From assembly GCF_022045235.1 (NCBI RefSeq), contig NW_027266264.1, positions 67,022,001 through 67,086,000 on the forward strand: a stretch of DNA of 64,000 nucleotides, read 5' to 3'. A model generated the notes under the pieces. That model was not told where the DNA came from. It did no database searches and worked only from the letters and a program-made list of their open reading frames with translations. A program made the translations under genes and the position numbers. Of the stretch, positions 1 to 12,700 are shown in pieces. Source of the stretch: Haliotis cracherodii (taxonomy: Eukaryota). Position 1 is the first letter of the stretch. Every line of letters begins with the position of its first letter.

Positions 1-290
1 AACCAATTATGCTTTTTAATGCGAAATATTTTTATCATATGAATTTACTGAACAATGCGATTATTCCTGTACGTCATCTTTCTGTTAAGCACACATGGAT
101 TTATTGAAACAATATCCGACAGTATAAAGCCTTACATTTGCTCATGTGGACAATGTTGTATAACATATTACAGCTAAATACGCCGACCTTTTAAACAATA
201 TATCAGCATGTATACACCATTCTGTTTCGCGAAAACGTTTCAACACATGATCTTAAAGCACCTGTACTGCTACATTTACACTGATCTCCC

Positions 291-438
291 GGGGCGGTGG
301 GGTTGGCTCGTGGTTAAACCTGGCATACATTCCCCACACGGGTACAACGGCTGAAGCCTATTTCTGATGACGTGCCCTGATATCGCTGGAATATTGCTGA
401 AGCGGGGTTAAACAATACTCACTCACTCACTCACTCAC
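291..438 (+). mobile_element. Degenerate tRNA-derived SINE with (ACTC)n tail
   Basis: GGGGCGGTGGGG head and a body shared with 531-700 (gatatcgctggaatattgct...gcgg..taaa); (ACTC)n tail. Confidence 0.6.
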
Positions 439-530
439 TTCGTCTTCTGGCTCCTGGCTATAGGACTGAGGCGGACGATGTGGCGTCATTCTTTAATTCA
501 CTCTCTCACTCTCTTCCTTTATCATCTCAC

Positions 531-700
531 GGGGGCAGTCGGGTAGCCTTGTGGTTAAAGCGTTCGCTCGTCACGCCGAAGTCCCGGGTTCGATTCCCGA
601 CATGGGTACACTGTGTGAAGCCCATTTCTGGTGTCCCCCGCCATGATATTGCTGGAATATTACCCAAAGCGGCGTAAAACCATACTCACTCACTCACTCA
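531..700 (+). mobile_element. tRNA-derived SINE with (ACTC)n tail
   Basis: Pol III A box (TAGCCTTGTGG), B box (GGTTCGATTCC), non-tRNA body and (ACTC)n tail. Confidence 0.8.
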
Positions 701-1032
701 CCCGACTATATGGCTCTCTCATATTAAAGTATTTCACAACGAATGCAGTTCCAATTGTCCAACAAACACTCCGACGTGTCTGTATCATGTTAAACGGTTG
801 AAATGTATTTGAGTTTTGACAGCACGACACACAGATCTGTGGACATTACACTGTCGTGGACAGCTTGTTGAATAACACTTGTGCAAAGTTAGGCCAGTCT
901 ACATCAAGTCAACTTAGTCGAAAAAGATATTAATTCTGATTTTCTAATCTACTGGGTTTCTTTTCTTGACAGCTATGTTATCGGAGATTCTTAATGCTAA
1001 TGTGTGGGTTTACAAAATACATGTATTTGCAG

Positions 1033-1843
1033 GCCGGCGCGTTGCTGAACTCGAGATGCAACTCTTAGTCTCACAGGTGAGCTTGTTAAGAGAATAAATG
1101 GAGTGCGTGTGTGTGCTGCCAAGTTAATTAATGTTTGTAAATTTAAATTATTGTGAAGACGTGAAACCAGGGTTGAGCAGTGGTGTAAGTATTGATAGAA
1201 TTGTCAATATTCAAAAGTAAAACTACATTTTCCATAATGTACAAGGAATCTGCTCTTAGGAATCTGTATATACCAACAGCAGTGTTTTGACAATCAAGGC
1301 TTATTGATCAGCCTCATCAAATATTAGTCATCTATGAATTGCCAAAGTTAAATTTGAGTTAAAATTTAAAAAAATACATTTGTTTATGGGATATACACAC
1401 AAGCTTTGTCAATCGCTCCAATATATCTATGTCAGGCTTGGTTGATGCATGTCATCGTATCCCAACTACGTGGATCGATGCTCATGATGTCAATCACTGG
1501 AGTGCGGCGTAAAACAACCAACAACAACACGTATAATGTGTGCACATATGGACTTAGTGGTCTTGGAAGGAATCAGAGATTTGAGAAATGCGTTCCAAGT
1601 ACTTCTTTTCATTACACGTAATAAATAAGACAGTATTTATATTGTTTCCATATTTACAAGTGTAAACATATAATGATAACGGGGATCTTCTTCTTTTCTT
1701 TCAATCACACATTTATGTTTCAGTTTGTGCGCAAGTTCAGACTAGAAGCCATTTCTAAAGAACCAGTCCAAATGAAGTTCGACCTCCTTCTACTACCAAA
1801 GGATCCTGTAAGAATCCGTCTCACAGAGAGAGATTCACTGTAG
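1033..1843 (+). CDS. Last two exons (1033-1076, 1724-1843) of an upstream, more diverged mitochondrial-clan cytochrome P450 paralogue
   Basis: AG/GT-bounded 44-bp exon GRRVAELEMQLLVSQ and terminal exon FVRKFRLEAISKEPVQMKFDLLLLPKDPVRIRLTERDSL*. Both are homologous to exons 8-9 of the downstream copies. Confidence 0.85.
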
Positions 1844-2456
1844 CTATAGAATGGTGACATACCCATTGTGACCTCTTGTGTAACCCCCGGAAAAGCCGAA
1901 TGTCGACCGGAAAGAGGCGAGTGGTTACGAATGAAGCATCCACTTGTGCTGCTCATCTGTTGTTTAAATATGCCTACAAAAGTGGAACATTTGTCAAGCT
2001 CTGAATCCGATTCTTTTAAATAGAGGATACCATCAATGGCTTGGTCAAATTCAACGTTAGGCTTCGTTTCCATGACAACCATATATCGAGACACATATCC
2101 GCCATAAATGCATAATTTTCAAAGAAATTTACTTTCAGCTGTCCTTTTGAACTATATGCTCTGTGATTCCATAACTTTGCGATTGTTTTACCGAACATAC
2201 ACTGTACATCTGTGCCATTTTTGAATATCTTACGAAGACAATTTACTTTTGGATTGTGTATACGTGATTATCAAAGGTTTACAGGTGACACGCGTTGAAT
2301 TGTGAAGAATGTGGAATTCGAACTCTGAATCAGAGAATCTTGTCCCCCAAGGGACACAGCTCACCACAGCAATAAAACTGGTCCCACCATGTGAGGAGTA
2401 CACAGTGTGTTTTTCCATATGTAGCATGGCCGGGTTTCAGACTGTTTGATTACTGC

Positions 2457-5245
2457 CCATGAATAACACATTTAGAGTGTTGATATACCCATAAACAATA
2501 CATTTAGAGTGTTGATATACCCATAAACAATACATTTAGAGTGTTGATATACCCATAAACAACACATTTAGAGTGTTGATATACCCATAAACAATACATT
2601 TAGAGTGTTGATATACCCATGAACAACACATTTAGAGTGTTGATATACCCATAAACAATACATTTAGAGTGTTGATATACCCATAAACAATACATTTAGA
2701 GTGTTGATATACCCATAAACAACACATTTAGAGTGTTGATATACCCATAAACAATACATTTTGAGTGTTGATATACCCATGAACAACACATTTAGAGTGT
2801 TGATATACCCATAAACAATACATTTAGAGTGTTGATATACCCATGAATAACACATTTAGAGTGTTGATATAACTACCCATAAACAACACATTTAGAGTGT
2901 TGATATACCCATGAACAACACATTTAGAGTGTTGATATACCCATAAACAATACATCTAGAGTGTTGATATACCCATAAACAATACATTTAGAGTGTTGAT
3001 ATACCCATGAACAACACATTTAGAGTGTTGATATACCCATAAACAATACATTTAGAGTGTTGATATACCCATGAACAACACGTTTAGAGTGTTGATATAC
3101 CCCTGAATAACACATTTAGAGTGTTGATATACCCATAAACAACACATTTAGAGTGTTGATATACCCATGAATAACACATTTAGAGTGTTGATATAACTAC
3201 CCATAAACAACACATTTAGAGTGTTGATATACCCATGAATAACACATTTAGAGTGTTGATATACCCATGAACAATACATTTAGAGTGTTGATATACCCAT
3301 GAATAATACATTTAGAGTGTTGATATAACTACCCATAAACAACACATTTAGAGTGTTGATATACCCATGAACACCACATTTAGAGTGTTGATATACCCAT
3401 GAATAACACATTTAGAGTGTTGATATACCCATAAACACCACATTTAGAGTGTTGATAAACCCATGAATAACACATTTAGAGTGTTGATATACCCATGAAT
3501 AACACATTTAGAGTGTTGATATACCCATGAACAACACATTTAGAGTGTTGATATACCCATGAATAACACATTTGAGCGTTGATATAACTACCCATGAACA
3601 ACACATTTAGAGTGTTGATATACCCATGAATAACACATTTAGAGTGTGGATATACACATGAATAACACATTTAGAGTGTGGCTATACCCATGAATAACAC
3701 ATTAAGAGTGTTGATATACCCATGAACAATACATTTAGAGTGTTGATATACCCATGAATAACACATTTAGAGCGTTGATATAACTACCCATGAACAGCAC
3801 ATTTAGAGTGTTGATATACCCATGAATAACACATTTAGAGTGTGGATATAACTACCCATGAATAACACATTAAGAGTGTTGATATACCCATGAATAACAC
3901 ATTTAGAGAGTGGATATACCCATGAATAACACATTTAGAGTGTTTATATAACTACCCATGAATAACACATTAAGAGTGTTGATATACCCATGAACAATAC
4001 ATTTAGAGTGTTGATATAACTACCCATGAATAACACATTTAGAGTGTTGATATACCCATGAATAACACATTTGAGCGTTGATATAACTACCCATGAACAA
4101 CACATTTAGAGTGTTGATATACCCATGAATAACACATTTAGAGTGTTGATATAACTACCCATGAATAACACATTTAGAGTGTTGATATACCCATGAACAA
4201 CACATTTAGAGTGTTGATATAACTACTCATGAATAACACATTTAGAGTGTTGATATAACTACCCATGAATAACACATTTAGAGTGTTGATATAACTACCC
4301 ATGAACAACACATTTAGAGTGTTGATATGCCCATGAACAATACATTTAAATTGTTGATATAACTACCCATGAATAACACATTTAGAATGTTGATGTAACT
4401 ACCCATGAACAACACATTTAGAGTGTTGATATAACTACCCATGAACAACACATTTAGAGCGTTGATATACCCATAAACAACACATTTAGAGAGTTGATAT
4501 ACCCATAAACAACACATTTAGAGTGTTGATATAACTACCCATGAATAACACATTGAGAGTGTGGATATACCCATGAATAACACATTTAGAGTGTTGATAT
4601 ACCGATGAACAATACATTTAGAGTGTTGATATACACATGAATAACACATTTAGAGTGTTGATATAGCTAACCACGAATAACACATTTAGAGTGTTGATAT
4701 ACCCACGAATAACATATTTAGAGTGTTGATATACCCATAAATAACACATATAGAGTGTTAATATACCGATGAATAATACATTTAGAGTGTTGATATAACT
4801 ACCCATGAATAACACATTTAGAGTGTGGATATACCCATGAATAACACATTTAGAGAGTTGATATACCCATGAACAATACATTTAGAGTGTTGATGTACCC
4901 ATGAATAACACATTTAGAGTGTTGATATACCGATGAATAACACATTTAGAGTGTTGATATAGCTAACCACGAATAACACATTTAGAGTGTTGATATACCC
5001 ACGAAAAACACATTTAGAGTGTTGATATACCCATAAATAACACACATAGAGTGTTGATATACCGATGAATAACACATTTAGAGTGTTGATATACCGATGA
5101 ATAACACATTTAGAGTGTTGATATACCGATGAATAACACATTTAGAGTGTTGATATACCGATGAATAACACATTTAGAGTGTTGATATACCCATAAATAA
5201 CACATATAGAGTGTTGATATACCGATGAATAACACATATAGAGTG
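2457..5245. repeat. Minisatellite 1, 32/36-bp unit (CCCATGAATAACACATTTAGAGTGTTGATATA[ACTA]), long array
   Basis: Direct tandem periodicity of 32 bp with 36-bp variants. Short arrays of the same repeat occur at ~21560-21850 and ~37736-38025. Confidence 0.95.
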
Positions 5246-5527
5246 GGGATATAGATACCCATGATGCTGCTATATGTAAACGAGGGGGTTTCAGATGGTG
5301 GAGACCATATCCGTATGTTGTTCTTCCCTTTCCATGACGAGAAATAAAGCCCTGCGAGTTATTTGAATGGTAAAGGCGTAGCTGGCCTTGGAAAGGATAC
5401 GAGGATGTTGAGTAAGACCCAAAGGTTCGGCCTGGAAAACATGGATCTCGTGGTACCTAATACTTGAATGATATACGAATGGTAAAAGCTTTTGTGTTTT
5501 GTTGTATTTTATGTCCGTGCGCACGTG

Positions 5528-7131
5528 ATTATGGTGGCTCACCCGCCTAGTGATGTGCAACGCACCAAGGCTTATGGTGGCTCAGCCGGCCAGTGATGTA
5601 TAACCTACCGAGGCTTATGGTGGCTCAGCCGGCCAGTGATGTACAACCTACCGAGGCTTATGGTGGTTCACCCGGCTAGTGAGATGCAACCTACCGAGGC
5701 TTATGGTGACTCACCCGGCCAGTGAGATGCAGCCTACCGAGGCTTTTGGTGGCTCAGCCGGCTAGTGAGATGCAGCCTACCAGGGCTTATGGTGGCTCAC
5801 CCGGCCAGTGATGTACAACCTACCGAGGCTTTTGGTGGCTCAGCCGGCTAGTGAGATGCAGCCTACCGAGGCTTATTGTGGCTCGCCCGGCCAGTGAGAT
5901 GCAACCTACCGAGGCTTTTGGTGGCTCACCCGGCTAGTGATGTACAACCTACCGTGGCTTATTGTGGCTCACCCGGCCAGTGAGATGCAGCCTACCGAGG
6001 CTTATAGTGGCTCACCCGGCTAGTGATGTACAACCTACCGAGGCTTTTGGTGGCTCAGCCGGCCAGTGAGATGCAGCCTACCGAGGCTTATGGTGGCTCG
6101 CCCGGCCAGTGAGATGCAGCCTACCGAGGCTTATGGTGGCTCGCCCGGCCAGTGAGATGCAGCCTACCGAGACCAAGGCTTATGGTGGCTCGCCCGGCCA
6201 GTGAGATGCAGCCTACCGAGGCTTATAGTGGCTCACCCGGCTAGTGATGTACAACCTACCGAGGCTTTTGGTGGTTCAGCCGGCCAGTGAGATGCAGCCT
6301 ACCGAGGCTTATGGTGGCTCACCCGGCTAGTGATGTACAACCTACCGAGGCTTATGGTGGCTCACCCGGCCAGTGATGTACAACCTACCGAGGCTTATGG
6401 TGGCTCACCCGGCTAGTGATGTACAACCTACCGAGGCTTATGGTGGCTCACACGGCTAGTGATGTACAACCTACCGAGGCTTATGGTGGCTCAGCCGGCT
6501 AGTGATGTACAACCTACCGAGGCTTATGGTGGCTCGACCGGCTAGTGATGTACAACCTACCGAGGCTTATGGTGGCTCGACCGGCTAGTGATGTACAACC
6601 TACCGAGGCTTATAGTGGCTCACCCGGCCAGTGATGTACAACCTACCGAGGCTTATGGTGGCTCACCCGGCCAGTGATGTACAACCTACCGAGGCTTATG
6701 GAGGCTCGACCGGTTAGTGATGTACAACCTACCGAGGCTTTTGGTGGTTCAGCCGGCCAGTGAGATGCAGCCTACCGAGGCTTATGGTGGCTCGCCCGGC
6801 CAGTGATGTACAACCTACCGAGGCTTATGGTGGCTCAACTGGCCAGTGATGTACAACCTACCGAGGCTTATGGTGGCTCGCCCGGCCAGTGATGTACAAC
6901 CTACCGAGGCTTATGGTGGCTCAACTGGCCAGTGATGTACAACCTACCGAGGCTTATGGTGGCTCGACCGGCTAGTGATGTACAACCTACCGAGGCTTAT
7001 GGTGGTTCACCAGGCTAGTGATGTACAACCTACCGAGGCTTATGGAGGCTCGGCCGGTTAGTGATGTACAACCTACCGAGGCTTATGGTGGCTCGACCGG
7101 CTAGTGATGTACAACCTACCGAGGCTTATGG
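5528..7131. repeat. Minisatellite 2, 43-bp unit (CTCACCCGGCCAGTGATGTACAACCTACCGAGGCTTATGGTGG)
   Basis: Tandem 43-bp periodicity. Corresponding arrays at ~22128-23213 and ~38303-39216 have different copy numbers. Confidence 0.95.
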
Positions 7132-8229
7132 TTTTTAGGGATTTTTTATAGTTGAACGTGCATCTTCCAAGTTGTGTTTCGGCGACTTTCAGCCTAGGAA
7201 CATTTTGATAACGTTTGTAATTTCAACTCCAATCAGGTGAAGTTAGGGAGCGTTGTTGGATGGGTTACCGCATTCGGGCAGTTTGGCTCCTGAGAGTTTC
7301 TAGGGCTTCGGTCCTGCCCCACACTGAATCACATGTAACAATGATGACTTTCTTCTAAATGCCAGCAGTGAATTGGTACCCGGTAGGATGTGATGGCAGT
7401 GTGGTTGTTAACCTTCTAGCGCCTGACAGGCAGCTTGTGTTGTATACTCCCTAGGGAGCTGAGAATAATTGATCCAGCTAGTGACCGGGGTAATAGCTAC
7501 GCATTGAGAATGCCCCTGTGTGGCGTGGAAATATGCGCAATGTAAATGGGCTATTATGATTTTTATTATTGCTCTTGCCCGGTAGTTTATCTTCAACACT
7601 CTAACATAGAATCACTTCCGGAAAAGACAATATTCGTGCAGTTTGCAATATGTATTGATGTTATAAAAAGGATAACTGTGAACGGTGGAATTTAGTTTCC
7701 CAGGGAAACCAACTGGCAGGGATACTGCCCCTGTCTGGATTGATAATGTCTCTAACTGACGACAAATGGCCTCGCGAATACTCTGCTATGTGCCAGATGT
7801 TCAACAGTCAAATCAACAATGTTCACGATGTTCAATGAGGACAATTAGGTCAATATACACAAGTTTATTTGTCTATTATCTGCTTATTCCATAAGTTGTT
7901 TATTGGATCTTGTATTTAGAGTTATGGAAGAAACATTAATGTCTATGCATATTAATCCCAATGATGTGGTATAAGTAGCACATTTAGAGTGGAAGTAGCA
8001 ATTTGCACTGACAAATGGTCATTTTCGTAATATAAGATGCTATTTTGAGGCATAGTTCATAATAATGCTGGCTACACATATTTACTTATTTATATTTATT
8101 TCCACATGTTAATGTATTGTAGAAGGTGGACTTTTTCCATGAAGAATGATCAGTGTAGTATTGCTGAATATTTCCAGGAATTGTTAATAATAATGCTGAC
8201 TTGCAAATATTTATATTTCCAAGATAAGG

Positions 8230-8512
8230 TGGGGACACGGGTGGCTCAGTCGTCTAAGGCGCCGGGATTTGCTGTGCAGAGTTGCGTCCTTTGGGCACGC
8301 CAGAGACCTATGGTTGTGGGTTCGAATCCCGGTTCGCCCCGATTATGTTTCTAGGTTTGTTAGCACCATACCCGTGCTCGTGGGTTTCACCGAAGTGGTA
8401 AACGTCTGAGACCTGCATCACTTCGGGCTTTCCTACCACATTAAGCTAACACGCCGCGATATAACTGCAATACTGTTAAAAGCGGCGTTAAACCCAACTC
8501 ACTCACTCACTC
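8230..8512 (+). mobile_element. tRNA-derived SINE with (ACTC)n tail (copies at ~24418-24699 and ~40410-40680)
   Basis: A box TGGCTCAGTCG, B box GGTTCGAATCC, tail GCGGCGTTAAACCCAACTCACTCACTCACTC. Confidence 0.8.
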
Positions 8513-9780
8513 CAAGAGAAGAAGAACTTTACAACCAGCATATATAATGTAGAAATAGGCATTAACATTGAGCAGTGGTGAGTTATAGTACTGTTTTCAT
8601 GCTGAATACCTAGACACAATTGATCATTTGTACAAAAAAAAGTAAACTTAATACAATTTGGATGTACCAATCAGTTATATCAAACTAGAAATGATGTAGT
8701 TATTTAACTTACTCCTGCAATCCATTATTCAATATAATTATTGTGGGTACATATTAAATGTTGGTGTTATACTGGCATACTGATGCTGATGACAAAATGA
8801 CATGTATAAAGTGTATAAATTGTTCAAAGTGTCGAGTGAGTTTTCCCTTGTTTTCCGCACCAAAGTGGCAAGTAGGCTAGAGAGATAGACTTGCACAAGT
8901 CTCTTAGGCAATAAATATTAATTAAATCATAATTCCTAGATTATATACATAATAAGAACAAGTTGTCCCTATAAAATACTTTCGTCCTGTCCGCTTATCT
9001 AGACTGGCCTCTTAGAAGGATAGAACTACTATACGCCTATGGACTTATCGTTTAGTATAGCCTTGGAGCAAGACTTACAACAGATTCAGGAGAGGCTTGA
9101 GAATGGGAGACGGGCAACATTAGCAAGCTCGCACTGTGTATATGAGCAATGGTCTCTGGTATAAACAAAAAGGTTCCCCCAGCCATCTGCCACCTCACCC
9201 TTACCAGCAGATCTCAAATCTCCTGTCTACTTATCACATATATCTTGAAAAACCAGTGTCAACAACTTGAAGCAAATTCCACCGTTGTCGGTCTTTTTAA
9301 CCTGCCTTCTTCCTTCAGTAGTATAGACTTTTTCTCAATGACGGATAACGTCCGATATCACAAATCATAAAAGATCGGGGGCCTGTTTAACAAAACGCGG
9401 TCCTAAATATAGAGTATTATTTTGACTCTCTGCTATACATTGATAATTAAAGCGCTAAGATCGCTTTGTGGGCCGTGGTTCTCACAGTCTCGCAAGAAGT
9501 TCGGACAAAATAACTAGACTGGCTTCTACCTGTTGTGTGTGTCTGATAAAGAAAGTAGGTCAGCTACTTGATCGCGTTACCGACCAACTGTCGCTGTCAA
9601 CCAGTTCATGCCCTGTGCTATATGAAGAGAAGGAGTCAGCCGAAATACTTTATACTATTTCATCATTCCATTAGCGTTTATATATCACTCTCCGTGCAAA
9701 ACCGACTACTGATGATGTAGCTGTCTCTACCGCGACCGCTGCTTGTTTGAGGTCACAAGTGTACACCACACGTAACTGTA

Positions 9781-12700
9781 ATGTTGTCGCGAGTCGCGTT
9801 CATCCATGTCCGACCCGGACAGTCCACATCAGCCGTGTCTGTTTTGTGTCGATACAAGGCGACGTCTGCTCAAACTGACGATCATGCAGCAGACGTCAAA
9901 CCGTTCTCGGCGCTGCCCGGGCCGAAGGGCTTGCCTGTTGTTGGCACCCTGTTCGACATCATGAAGAATTCCGCCCGGCTGAATGAAATGATTCAGAAAC
10001 GTCACGAGACGTATGGACCTATCTACCGGGAAAAGATGGGGAGGATAGATGCCGTGTTTCTGACGGATGTGGAGGCGGTAGAGCAGCTGTTCCGACAGGA
10101 AGCAAAGTACCCAGTTCGAATCCAACTGGAACACTGGATTAAGTACAGGGAGGACAGGGGTTTCAATAAAGGCCTTGTCATGTCGTACGTATATTCATAT
10201 ATTCATCTTCGATGTATATTGTATCTGTATATTGGGTATGAATTTCAAATTGTATGCCGCCTCGAATTTGGCATGTCATAAGCAAATTTTGGTAGTGATA
10301 AATGTCCTCTGATGTAAGTACCTGAGAGAGTTTAACTTTGCCCAGAACACAATCTCATTAAAATCAGACATTTACTCGATCTGACAAAAAACCTTTGAGG
10401 TTACGTCAGATGAACATTCTAATCAGGCCATCAGCGAATATCTTATTTCTGCATTTCCAAAATTAACGTTAATCGGCATATTCGAAAGGAGAGTGATAAA
10501 GGCTGCGTTTTATAAGTTTATGTTTTGGATAATGAAATTACCTTATCGTTTCTGAGCGCCATGGCGTCTACAATCGAAGGGTGTACGATCGAGGGAACGT
10601 GTTCTGTGTTGATTTTTTTTTTTCTGATTTTGAAATTTTCGATTGGATATGGTAGAGAAATTCAACCAAAGAGTTTTAGAAAAATGACATGTAATTTAGT
10701 TGGTTCAAAATTCCGTGTAATGTTCATCTTGATTGGGCTTTCAAAAGTTGATCAGGTTCGTCTGACGTCAAATGACAAAAATGATTTGTCAGATCCTGAC
10801 GGAGAGATGTATCGATTCGGTGTATAGCACTTTGATGAGACAAACCGAGAAACATACTCTGGGCCAATGTGGAATTCGACCCAAGTCAGAATTCTGGGAT
10901 ACCAAAGGGACATAAACGCTTGAGGCGACTGGGTCTCTCTCGGTCCCTTTAATTTAAGAATGTTCTCTTTCATTTATTATAATATTATAATGATACAGTA
11001 CTGCTAGTATGTAAGCGATTCCGGCCATACCCGTACGTAACACATGTTCTACATTTCCTACGTTTCCGAGAAACACCGCAATGAGTTGGGTCCGATATTT
11101 ACACTGCAGATCAGGTGAAGCTTGGCATTCCTTGAGGCGAGTGGTCGACCAGCATATGATGAAGATCAAGACAGTCGAGTCCTACACTGGAGAATTTAAC
11201 AAGGTTGTTGTAGAGTTCTTGGACCGAGTAGGCAGGATTCGAACCTCGGACAAAGAGTTGCCTGCATTGAATAAGGAGCTATTCAATTGGTCTCTTGAAT
11301 GTGAGTATTTGTACAACGTGTTCTGAGTAATGTAAATGTGTTCTGGAGCAAGTGTATTTTGACCATTTGGTTAGGTTTGAGAATACATTTGATTCTAAAA
11401 AAACGGATGCTTTATTGCCCAGAATGTAAATAAAAAGGGACTATAGATGAGATTAGTTTAGAGAAATCAAGAAAACGAGTTAGTTCAGTTGGGTTGTCTA
11501 TCGATAGATTACACAGTAATTAGAGGAATGCTTGTGTCTTCTCATGATATTCCATCATCTATTGACCTCTGGTCTGTCAGGGGTGGGACAAATGATATCC
11601 CGATTCCACTGAAGATCCAGGGTAGAATAGGTCTTCAGCAACCCATGCTTGCCGTAAAAGGCGACTATGCTTGTTGTAAGAGGCGACTAACGGGATCAGC
11701 TGGTCAGGCTCGCTGACTTGGTTGAAGCATGTCATCGATCCCAATTGCGTGGATCGATGCTTATGGTGTCAATCACTGGATTGTCTGGTCTAGACTCGAT
11801 TATTTACAGACCGCCGTCATGTAGCTGGAATATTTCTGAGTGCAGCGTAACACAACAAATCAACCAACCAAACAACCCAATTCCACTGAACCTGTGTCCC
11901 ATTGGCTATAGCAGAACAGAGCAATTTCAAAATATAGACAAGCGCGACTCTTTCCCTCGATGATCGTCGATAATTATAGGACCCCACGTCTCAAGTGGGT
12001 GCGCAGAGCATGCAACCCGATAATGTTTAACAGCACCGTGCTCGTGGTAAACGTCTGAGACCTGCATCACTTCGGACTTCCCTCCCACATCAAGATGACG
12101 GGAATACTGTTCAAATGGGCTCACTCACTGACTCATTCCTGTCCACTATTTCCTAGATATCATTAGACCTTAAATTTGGTTTTAATATATTCCCGATTCT
12201 ATTTCTAGGTTTAACAACACCATACCCGAGCTCGTGGGTTTCACCAAAGTCTGAGACCTTCATCACTTCGGCTTTTCCTCCCACATCGAGATTACACGCT
12301 ATGATATTACTCACACGACTCATTCCCGTGCCCACTATTTCCTAGATATCCTTAGACTTTATATTTTGTTTAAAATTAACAGGAACGAGAAATATCCAAA
12401 GTTATTTCTCCAGCAGACCGATGCGCTTAACATTGCTGATCCGCCTCTCAATCGCGATATTTTCGCGTTTGGTTTCACATGACGCGAGGATACATTGCTA
12501 AACTAATGACTTTTTGTCCACAGCTATCGCCCGTATCCTGTACGAGAAGAGACTGGGATGTCTGTCAGACAATAGGAGTGAGGATACCCAGGCTTTCATC
12601 CAGAGCTCCCATGACATCTTTGAGACAACGAGGAAAATATTTTTCCTTCCGCCCAAACTGGCCCGGATCTTCATGCCGCGCACCTACAAACAGCATGACG

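Noticed and set aside
531-610. tRNA gene candidates (also ~8230-8340 and copies)
   Set aside because: A/B boxes are followed by a non-tRNA body and (ACTC)n tail, with no convincing cloverleaf; these are SINE heads.
2457-7131. Regular repeats resembling CRISPR arrays
   Set aside because: These are head-to-tail tandem units with no unique spacers, no cas genes and a eukaryotic context; they are minisatellites. Their short ORFs are spurious.
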